Shown piece by piece: positions 27,044 through 56,131 of a stretch of DNA of 64,000 nucleotides. Within the stretch, counting starts at the first letter, position 1; every line of letters begins with the position of its first letter. Location: NCBI GenBank assembly GCA_051294375.1, contig CM119266.1:16424087-16488086 (forward strand), given 5' to 3'. Source of the DNA: Paraspadella gotoi (taxonomy: Eukaryota; Animalia; Chaetognatha). Below the pieces are notes generated by a model. That model made no database searches and was not told the origin of the DNA. It saw only the letters and a list, made by a program, of their open reading frames with translations. The position numbers were made by a program, and so were the translations under genes.

Positions 27044-27927
27044 TATATTATATATAATATTTTTATATATTATATAATAATATAAAAAATTTAAAAATTT
27101 ATTTTTCTAGCATTTGGGACTCACAAGCAACACTGTGCGACGATTTTTGTTTATAATGAGTTTTTATTGGACTTTTTTTAAATTTTGCATTATATTGAGA
27201 AAACGCTTTTGAATTAAGCCCGCGCTCTACCTGATTTGAATAGTAAAATCAATACAGTTTCTGTCAATTGTATTCAAAATTGAAAAAAATGAAGGCTTGA
27301 CTATGCAGTTTTCACCTAAAAAACCAGTTCATTTGATTGCTTTATCAAGCAATTAAGATTGCAAGAATTTTAATTTTGGTTTTTTTCATCATGTAGAGAA
27401 GACAATAAGGTTTCGGAAACTGTACTAATATGTATGATTTGGTCTTTTTACTCAAGAGCCAGGACGTTTTCTTGGAATAGGGAAAAAACGACCTGACCAG
27501 TCTATTTAAATACCATTTTTGGGCATGATAAAATGGGAATTTCGATCGCTCTACCTCCATTGGCTTCCCAAGACGCCAAGCTTTCGAAATCTGCCCATAT
27601 TGATATAATTTTTTTGGGCCGTGACTATGCAGTTTTGAATAGAAGTGAAATATAAAGGAATCTTGACATGCCGAGTAAATCGATGTAAAAAGGAACCGTG
27701 TATAATTATAGTTTTAAAAATAAACTTTTTAATTCAATCTGAGAAAGGTAGTACTATATATTATATATATACGTATAAAAAAATATATTTTACAATAAAA
27801 TTAACTAATTTTTTTAAATTGCTAGTTTTTTTTATCATGGTATAATTAAAAAATATAAATTAAAATAAAATTTTAATTTCAATAAAATAAATAATCATAT
27901 TAAAATATAATATTAAAAAAATTTTAA

Positions 27928-27970
<43 letters not shown>

Positions 27971-30900
27971 TAAATAATTTTTTTTTTAATTTTATTTTTT
28001 TAATTATAATTATATTTTATTATTATTATTATTATTATTTTATTATTATTATATATATCTGATAATAATATATATTTTATTATAAAATAATTTTATTTTA
28101 TTTATTTAAAATTATAAAAATTATATTTTAATTATTTTAATATCAAATAAATTTTTTTTAAAAATATTTTCATAATTCATATATAATAAAAAATATTTTT
28201 AATTGAACGGGATTTTTCTGAATAATTCAGGCCCAGGATCTCACTGTGCGCCGGTTCTAAAGCTTAGTACTACGCATAGTACTAATCTTTGTTGGATCAA
28301 AACGAGCTCGATTTTAAAGGAAAGTTGATCGGTTTGAAGAGCGATTTTTGCGATTGCTTTTTGGCGATTACTTTTGAACGGATTGTCGGATTATGATGAA
28401 ATTATGCATGTAGATGTTTGCAATTGTCTATCGAACGCTACCTAATTTGATATAAAACAATGAGTTGTTTAGAAACGATGCTCATCCCCACTTTTAGTTT
28501 AAATAAAAATTTTATGAAAGTGGACTAATTCACTTTACCCTGATCATATCATATTGAAAAACTATTTAAAATTTAAAGAAAAATTTGGTCAAAGCATTCC
28601 TGAATTTGATATCATTTGTGAAACTGGAACATACCTTAATAATATTCACGTTTATATTGCTTTGAAGGGAAAAAATCCCTTTCATTTCTATATAAAATCA
28701 GAGATGAAAATTTTTTCGTAAAGAAGCTGTCTATTTGTCCTGGCTCATTTGCTATTTTCATTTATTGTTCTGGGGTGTCATTAGTTTTAAAAATTGCTAT
28801 ACTTTTGACTTAGTTTTGCACTCCCCCTGTAAGGAGGTTTTAGGAAAAATAATTTTAAATTTGTATCTGGTATATGCCCTATGATTATGGCTTCATTTTG
28901 GTACTATTGCCATCCCTGTATCTTTATTCTTTTAAAAGATATTAGAAAAAATCAGTTGTTTTTTTATCAACCTTCCTTTTAATTTATTTTTAAATAAAAA
29001 TTTCGCAATGAAAACTGGACCACTTCATTTAAACCTGATTGTTTGTCCCTAAAAACATCATGAAATAAAAAGAGAAAAATAGGTCGAGCTCTTGGGACAC
29101 GAGGCTTTTGGAATCTCATAATTCGAAGTACTATTTATAATGCTCACATACCGTAATCCCGTTGGTAATTTAAAAAAAAAAAATTTCCCTTTCATTTCTA
29201 TAGTAAAAGGTTCCGCCTACAAACTTCGCATTTAGCAAAAAAGCAACTGTTTCTAATATTGTTCAGTTGTTACTTACAATAACAATTTGATTTCTACCAC
29301 AATACAAATTGGGCTGAATTAGGGATTGGTTGAAATCATATCCACCAGTTTCAAATGATAAAAAAGTACAATTTTTGCAACATTTAGAAGAAAAAATCAT
29401 GTCCATTTTTGTCCATTTTCACTTTCGTCTTTTGATTAGAATGCCAAGGAAATTTTGGAAATCCGTTCTTCCTTATCTTCTTCATCTCTGGGTAAATTTA
29501 TTTCCTTAAATCATTTATAGTTTGCCTATGAATTAATTTTAAAGTTTACAAGTCAAAAAGTATCATTTTCAGTTTTTATTATAATTTGTTAAACGAAAAT
29601 AGTGCAAATTTGTTTAAATTAACAGAAATATAGGCTATTGAATAAGCTTTTAACTCCTATAAAATTAACAAAAAACTTTTTTTGGTTTAGCCACAAATAA
29701 TTTTTAAAGATATCTTTTAATTTGTGACTTTTTGTGACTTGCATTTACTTTTGATAAAGAGAATATTTTCAACTCATTTATTAGTTTTAAAAGATGAGGT
29801 ACATACTGACGTTGATTAATAAAAAAAAAACCGCATCCTTTTAACCCAAAGGAAAGCGTCAGGACTTGTTTTCTCTCAGAAAAATTTCCCCCAAAATCTG
29901 TTGATTTACTAAATTTGCGAGGCAACCAAAATTGAAAGAAAAATCATGCGCTACCGTTCATTTTCTTTCTTATATTAATATTTTAATATATTAATTTTAA
30001 TATATTAATATAATGAATCTAAGGATTTTCATCGATTTGGTTCAATATTAATGAAGAAAAGTGATAGGAAAGATGAAAGGGAGAACAAAAAGAGCAGAAG
30101 GGGAGCAGATGAGAGAGAATGAGGTAAAAAAAGGAAAAAGAGAAGGCAAAGGGGATAAAAGTAGAGAGATAAAGGTAAGGCGGGAAGGGGGAGAAATTGA
30201 AAGAAAAAGAAGAGGAAAAAAATGGAAGGAGAGAATAACATATTCAATAAGAGAAAAAAAATATAAAGAAAGTGGAAGAGAATTAGGGAAAGGTAGGGAG
30301 TAAAAAAATGGAAAATGAAGACGTGAGATGAAAGGGAGGAAAGAGGGTTAGAAAAAATAAAAAGCTGTGAAGAAGAAAGGTAACGAGAAAGAATAACAGA
30401 AAGGATATGAGAAGGAAAAAATGGTAACAGATATTGTGGTGTCTTGTCAAAATAGTTTGCTCTAAGTAAAAGACACAAAAATTATTTAGGAGTCTACGTC
30501 GTTCTTAGAAATTGAGGAAGACTTTTTCAATGGAGATTTTCGTTAAAATCTGACTACCAAATAATGTCAACGCCCCTGGGAAAAATTCAGGTAAAAAATA
30601 GATGTAACAACAGTCGATTCCGATCCTGTTATGTCTGAAGGGCTCGCATTTTTTTTCTCTTGACAAATAACCATCATTTTGACATCGAACCATTCGATTA
30701 AAATGTACTGGTCCTCTCAGGAAAATATTTTTGACGCAATTTTTATATATAAAATAAAGGGATTTCTCAACTTCAATACAATGTCAACGCATTTAAGGTA
30801 TGTTGTCATTTTACAATAAACTTCGAATTCAGGAATCCGATAGCAATATGTCTGAAGGGCTCTCAAAATTTTTCTTTACATTTCATTTGGTTATTTTAAT

Positions 30901-31420
30901 ATGATACGATCATGTTAAAGTGAATTAGTCCATTTTGGTGAAATTTTTATTTAAAGTAAAAGTAAAAGAGGAGCTAACAATCGAAATTCTAAGAGTTTTC
31001 AACCAGGAGTCAGATTAGGAAAAAATCTTATATGGCGAAAATCTTCCAAAGAAGGGGTGGATTTTCCGAAGATTTTGGTTAATAGTTTCTATATTTATGG
31101 TCGGATTTTTTTGACACTTAAAAATAGCAATATTGCCATCATTCTACATTGGCCGGTCAAAGAATATATTAAAAAAACCTTTGACTTTTTTCGTCAGAGC
31201 TTAGTCCTAAATTATTATAGGGAATTCGATATTTAAAAGTTTTCTGTACCGTGAAAATTCATACATACTTTTTTTAAAACTAAGGCAATTGATAAGCATC
31301 GAAGAAATCATGCCTTACCATATTTTTAACTCAAAGAATTTTACCTGGGAAGTACTATGTCATAAGAGGAAGATAACTATAGCCTACCGTTTTTTTAAAT
31401 GAAAAAAGATTCATACTAGT

Positions 31421-32073
31421 TGAAGAGACAGTGATTATTGTTATATGTTAGTGACAGAACCGTATCAATATAAGCAGTCCCTGAGCTTCGGATCAGGCTG
31501 TAACACCATGTTACAGGCGGGTTAAGCGCCCTGTCCCTCTTAACTGCCAGACGACCACCGGGCTAGAACCCCGGACCTTTGGGTTGGGAGGCGAATGACT
31601 TGCCTCCGGCACCAATGGCCGCTGATGAACGGTTGGTGGATTTTAGTCCACCATACATCCCCCCCTCCCGTAGGGAGAAGTCTGTGCATCTCTTCAGTGA
31701 ATTGTTGTTGGTGGAAAGTTCGTCACCAAGTTGAGGCATGTCGCCTGATGTGTTGTGGGCGGAAAGTGCATCGTCAGGTTGAGGCATGTTGCCTGAAAGT
31801 GTTGTTGTTGCTGTTGTGTTCGGAAGTCGGGCTCACCAATGAAGAGACAGTGATTATTGTTATATATTAGTGACAGAACCGTTCAATATAAGCAGTCCCT
31901 GAGCTTCGGATCAGGCTGTAACACCATGTTACAGGCGGGTTAAGCGCCCTGTCCCTCTTAACTGTCAGACGACCATCGGGCTAAAACCCCGGACCTTTGG
32001 GTTGGGAGGCGAATGACTTGCCTCCGGCACCAATGGCCGCTGATGAACGGTTGGTGGATTTTAGTCCTCCATA
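31421..32073 (-). mobile_element. Full-length TRIM, family A (Helenus-like): two ~235-bp LTRs, each with a tRNA-like head and a twister-like fold
   Basis: LTRs 31421-31655 and 31840-32073. TSD TAGT on both sides. PBS TGGTGAGCCCGAC (31838-31826, tRNA-Trp-like). PPT GGGAGGGGGGGA next to the 3' LTR. No credible coding capacity. Confidence 0.93.
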
Positions 32074-32906
32074 TAGTCAATGAGATCATCAGAGATGATC
32101 GTAAATTAAGTTCAGATTCCATTGTCTAAAAGAGTCTGATTGTAGGTGGCACCAAAAACGAGGTTTGAAAATCCTCCAAAGACGAGTAGTCCATTTCTCC
32201 TGGCTTGTTTGATAGTAAAATCTTTATCAAATGCCACAAGAACAAAAAGTCGAGCTCTTGAGATGCAACGCTATCGGAATCGTGCGTTTTTACAACCATT
32301 TTATACCGGAATTTCTTGCAGGCCCGTTTGTAAAGTTGGGGAGTCAGATTTGAACGGAAATCTCTATTAGAAAAATGTTGAATTTTTTTTTAAGCGAGAT
32401 TCTCGTCTAATTAGTATTAGAATAAGAATTAGAAAAATGATTAAATTTTTTTAAAGAAATATTTTCGCCTTAGTATAATTGTGCAAACCGAGATTCGACG
32501 CCGAAAGGGATTTCAATCAAAAGACATGGTCATGGGATTAACAAATCCCCGACTAGTGCTCACTAAGTCTCTAACAAGATTTCTATACATCGCTTATAAG
32601 AAGCGAAAAAAAATAACCGACAGCAACATCCCGGTCGACGAATGTAAAAATAAGCCAACTAATCTAACTAGATAATGCTTATTATTACATCTTTTAAAAA
32701 ATATGCTTTATTTGTAAATTAAAGTTTAAAAAAGTTAATCTAGTGATGATGATGTTTTTTTCATATTTCTTTGTGTTCTTTATTTTCTCTCTCTTTCTAA
32801 AGCCAAAAGCCGCGATTAATTAATATTGTATATTGTCTCTTGTATCTCTCTCTCTTACACACACTTAATGTTTGTCAAACTAATTTTGCTATTTTTCACA
32901 ACTGTT

Positions 32907-32981
32907 TAGGTTGGGAAGCGAATGACTTGCCTCCGGCACCAATGGCCGCTGATGAATGGTTGGTGGTTTTAGTCCACCATA
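32907..32981 (-). mobile_element. Truncated family A LTR (5' hairpin and part of the tRNA-like head)
   Basis: Near-identical to the 5' end of the LTR. Confidence 0.8.
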
Positions 32982-33949
32982 ATTTCTTTATTTTTAAAAT
33001 CAAACGATTATATCACATGTTATTTGCACTCAAAGTAAAAGACGGAAATAACTTTTTATCAATTTTGAAAAATTCAAATCTTCCTAAATACCCAAAAAAA
33101 AAATTTTCAGCTACTTGGTTACATAATAATAGGTCGCCAGTCGCCACAGTCACAAGCCTTTCCTGACAGATTTTCATCATAGTCATTCCGGATCTGAGAG
33201 TATTTGATTGGTTTTAATCTAAAAATTGTTACACATATGCAACTGAGCTGCAGTCTGCTGGAAAATAGTTTTAGTAGTAAAATGTACTATATGCATCTAA
33301 CATTATATGCTGAATCAGAGCATACTAAATGTTTACATTTCACAATTTATTAAGGAAAATGTCCATGAAAGCAAATTTTCTTCATAATCATTCTTTACAT
33401 TTTTTTTCTGAAATCATTATCATCATCAATTATTCCAAATCTACAGAAATCTTAAGCAAGGGGTTAATAAACATAGTGGCCTACTGTAATGTAACATGAA
33501 CAATTTTTTTTCACCAAAAGCAGGACAACTTTAAAAATTTAACAACACATAAATTTTTTGATCAATTTTCAAATCATTTGAACTGCGCTTTGTGTCAATA
33601 AAAATACAAATAAATATGAAAATGGAGATACCAAAAAAAAAAACTGTATGAACTATCTTTCCGGTAGTTCATTCAAATTAATCATTCACCTAACCAATTT
33701 GACACAGCGTTCATTTGTAAAGTGACAGTACGCTTGAGACACTCTGTATACTTTATTAATAATAACATCAATATCATCACTAAAACAAAGCATTCTAAGC
33801 TTAAAGATCGGAGTTTTAAATTCTACGATAATTCTAATAATTTTCCCCGAGCGTCGCTCAAATTTCATGAAAGGTCATAACGGTGCTAGAATATAATTAA
33901 AAACAAAAAACCAATCTATTGGCACATTTGCATTTAATCTTACATAGAT

Positions 33950-51733
<17,784 letters not shown>

Positions 51734-54285
51734 CTAAACTTTCACATGGATTGATTACTTTAAGTTTAAGATACATTCCTAATTCTTCAGCAGCAATGAA
51801 CAAAGAATCTGATAAAAAATTTGAACCATTTTCCGAAAGCTCCCTATTAGTATTTCGTAATCCCTGAACCTAATTTTAACCGTAAAAACGCGAAAACCTT
51901 CAAAACAATCCCTCTCCCACCTAACTCTACCATATAACTCACCCCTACTTAATTCCGAATTTAAGCTTTAAAAGGGCACTTTTGGAAAATTGACTCAATA
52001 AAATAATTGTTTGCTTCGAAATGTTTCTTAATTAAATACCTGAGGCGACTTAAATCCGGCCGCAGATACAATATACCTATAGCTATAAGATTAAATATCG
52101 ATACCTATTTTATTATTAAGATCATGAGTAAATTGAGTATGTAAGGAAATGAAACCCATACCTTTTTAAATTACGTATAATTTTTTTAAGCGACTAAATA
52201 ATTTGAAGATCGCTTGACTTAACAGTCCTGTGCAAAAGAGGACACCCAAAAACATTACGAAAATAAATCGAGTTAAATTACTTTAAAATGAAAGATTATA
52301 AATGAGTATTATTCATAGAAAAAAGAACTATTGGTGTGAATTTGGTTAATAGATGGCTATCCTTTACGAAGCAGTGATTTATTAAAAGTAACTACTAGGT
52401 TACAACTAAGTACTCAAACAAAATATCAGAACAGAAGAATATTAAAATATTTTTAACCTTTTGTGGAATGACTGGACCGATTTTCTTTCAAATAACACAT
52501 TAGGGTGGAGTGATGAAAAGATTGAGCGATGGAACAATTTTTTTTTTGCTACTTTTGTATATGTAATATAATAAAAAATAAACTTTTTTCAAAAAAAAAT
52601 TGCATAACAGTATCATTAATTAAACATCCTTATAAAATCATAAAATTTTAAAATCATTTTTTAATTTTAAAAAGTTTTGGATTCACCGGAAAAAACTGAA
52701 AAACTTTTGTAAAATCTATTTCATGACATTTTTAGGTTAAAGCTGTGGAAAATGACCAAAACATTTTATCATATAATAATTTCTACTACAGAGCATAAAA
52801 TTGAAGAATTTCAACCTTTTTTTATTTTTAATACTAAAAACATTAAAATTATTATTAATATATTTTATATTTTTGATCTAACTTTTTTAAAGAATCATCT
52901 TTTTAAAAATTAACATATTATTATAAATATTGTAATGATACTTCCCCAAACAATATAAACAAAATATTTTTTGTAATCCTTAATCATACTATCTTACATC
53001 TAAATATCCTTATTTGTTCACTCAAAATTTACATTCTCTAATGTTTTACTTTATTAAACATATGGATTCCTTTTTCAAAAATCCTTATTTCCTATTTATA
53101 ATTTTTTAAAAAACAAATTAAATAAATTAAGGCTTTTTAACAAATCTTTAAAAATTGTTTGTTATTTAAGAGTTATAGCTCTTAAATGCTTGGACCATTT
53201 TTTAAAATTTACATATATGGATTTCCTATTTTAAAATTAATACAAATTTTTAAAATTTTAATGATTTATCTATGAAAATTAATAAAACTATAAATTTAAT
53301 GAATGATGATGATTTTTTTAAGGTTTTTTTAAATTTTAACCCATTTATTATTAAATTTTTTAGTATTAACCTTTAGAGAGAGCAAAGAATTTTTAATTTT
53401 AACAAATTCTTTGCTCTCTCTAATACCTATAAACAACGAAAAAGAAAGGATTATCGCATCATAGTATTAAGCTTTAACTAACTTTTTAATCTTTATCAGA
53501 ATCTATTTTTAAAAATTTCTCTGTATGTAAACCCTTTCTTTTTTGTTATGTCTTGGTTTAAGGAGACAAATAATTTAATTGCAATAACAATTTTTATTAT
53601 TGGACGAACATGTTTCGGCCCTCAGTTTGAGCTTCCATGCATGAAGAAAATTAATTTAATCAAAATCTAACATCATAAGTAAATTTGGTTATAAAAGGAC
53701 AAAATTCTTTTATCGCGAACTTTTTAATATTATAAAAAATATTAAATTTTGGCCCGTAGTAATAATAATATCCTTATAAAATCATAAATTTTTAAAATAA
53801 TCTTTTAAAAATTTTTATTAAAGATTCTGATTCTTTATAAAAAGTTAAATCAAAAATATAAAATATGTTATTAAAAAATTTAATATCTTCGGCGTTAAAA
53901 ATGGAAAAAAGGTCAAATTCTTCATTTTTTTACGTTTTGTAGTAAAAACTATTATATGATGAAACATTTTGGTCATTTTTTGCAGCTTTCACCTAAAAAT
54001 ATCATGTAACATATTTTACAAAAGTTTTTCGGTTTTTTCCGGCGAATCCAAAACTGTTCCTCAAATTAAAAAAATATGATTTTAAAATTTTATTATTTTA
54101 TAAGGATATTACTATAAAAAAATTCAATTAATGATACTGTTATACAAATTTTTTTTGAAAAAGGGCTTAATTTTTTTTTATTACATATACAAAGGCAGCA
54201 AAAAAACATTGTTCCATCGCTCAATCTTTTCATCACTCCACCCTACTGACCAGCTCGATATATACTTGATATACTTACTATATAT

Positions 54286-54518
54286 ATATATACTTGATTG
54301 GCGGGGCGAATGAGGAGTTAAGGAATTTTGCAGGGTGGTGGTCGCCTAATATTCGAGGCCTCTTATATACATACTTGATTGGCGGGGCAAATGAGGAGTT
54401 AGGGAATTTTGCAGGGTGGTGCTTATAATTCGAGCCTCTGTGTATATATACTTGATTGGCGGGGCGAATGAGGAGGTTAGGGAATAGTGCAGGGTGGTGC
54501 TTATAATTCGAGCCTCTG
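54286..54518. repeat. Three tandem ~77-bp units
   Basis: tacttgattggcggggc.aatgaggag...gcagggtggtg...attcgag occurs three times. Confidence 0.9.
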
Positions 54519-55197
54519 TGAGCTCGTTCCACATTCTTAACATCCTTTCTTGTTATACAGACTAAAATGAGTCAAAAAAATATTAAACAAAATGGATAAA
54601 AGTTAGGGAAAATTATCATAAAATACCTGTGATCTAAAATTAATTTTGCTGAACAAAATGAAGTAGTTGTTATTATTAATTATACTCATTTTTAATAGTT
54701 CTTATTTAAAACGATTTTACCAATATTTCATAAGAAATTGTTTTCGTTTTGATAAAAAAAAAGACAGATCGGCCAGAACGATCTAAGGAAAGGAGGGAGA
54801 GTAGTAATGGGTAAGGGTAAGTCAACTAATATTTTTTTGGTAAAGCTTATTATAAGCTGAATAAAGTAGGCCATATACTACTACTAATCCAATAAATGTT
54901 AAAATTTCAAAATATTTTTTTTTTAATATTTTTTTGCAGACTTAGATTTGTAATGAAAAGTTAATATAATGAAATATAACTTTTTTAAAAATTATTTCAT
55001 GAAGTTGATCAAATATATAAAAAACCTATATTTTAAGCTGAAAATTTAAATTTTATATACTAAATATCGTTTTTTTAAATTTTAACCCACTTAAAAATTA
55101 TTTATATTTTCTTTTATCAACTTTTGACGAGGAATTCAAATCTGTAATCAAAATTAAGAAAAGCCCATTTTGAAATTTTACGACTTTATTAGGATAG

Positions 55198-55451
55198 TGT
55201 GGTGGTATATTCACACCACCTCACGTCCACGATCGTTCAGCCAATACCATTGGCTCAGAGGGGGAACACACCATCCCAGGCGTTGTATTCCATCCACAGT
55301 CCTAACGACTTCCCTCTGCGTTAGCAAAGCGAGGCCGTCCTAGGTAACCACGCCATTGACTGGATATATCACTGAGGGTCGGAAGCCCCCAAAGCCAACA
55401 GTGAGATGCCCCATCCCAATGGGCATCACAGGCAACCCGGCTGTTGTCATA
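55198..55451 (+). mobile_element. Solo LTR, family B
   Basis: TSD ATAG. The empty site aggatagtactatatataaatatag is seen near 43314-43338. Confidence 0.9.
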
Positions 55452-56131
55452 ATAGTACTATATATAAATATAGCTCACTACGAAATTTGAAGAATATGAA
55501 ATTAATTTTTTTTACAAATTAATGTTCACTGATGGTATGTTATTCATAATTTACATTTAGAATTTTCGTACGTAATTTTCACTACGCTCTAACCGACACC
55601 CAAGAATATTATACTTGCATTTTGAGTACTCACGGCGCAACTGTTAATTACCTGACATTGGCCGGTGATCACATAGCTGGAATGAAAGAATAACTGAACA
55701 GATAACTGATAAGAGAGACTGAATAAATCAAAGTTCACGACCAGAATCTTCGCCAAAACTAAATGCCCTCCACAAACTATGATATGCAAAATGGTTTGCA
55801 TCAGTCCAAAAGTGAATAACCACTTGCAGCAGAAAGATTTTCACTTTTGAATAGGCTATCTATTTTTAAACACAGAAAAGGATTTCGGAAAATTAGTTTA
55901 TGAAAATATATTCAGTAAACATCATAACAGAAAGCCCAAACATTTGTTTTAAATCTTGACTCCATTTTTGAAGTTCAACAGAGTAAAAATGTTTTAATCA
56001 CATAGAACGTGAACGAAAAAACAATTGTTATAATCACGAATTAAGAAAACAAACACCACAATAATTGAAACAATTTTAACTGAAATCACAATTATGTTTA
56101 GAATCAATCAGGTTTATTATATGTGATTGGT

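Noticed and set aside
30029-30478. 149-aa hydrophobic ORF and its antisense Lys/Glu/Arg-rich ORF
   Set aside because: Purine-rich low-complexity tract.
31553-31622. Functional tRNA-Gly gene
   Set aside because: The anticodon and D stems do not pair properly and there is no terminator. It is a tRNA-derived module repeated in every LTR.
31615-31655. Hammerhead at CTGATGA in the family A LTR (antisense)
   Set aside because: No stem II-GAAA-stem III follows.
31563-31870. ORFs MPQPDDALSAHN... (also 56825-57049) and the overlapping + strand ORF
   Set aside because: They lie within the non-coding TRIM, have no recognisable domain, and the frame is not kept in the 18116 copy.
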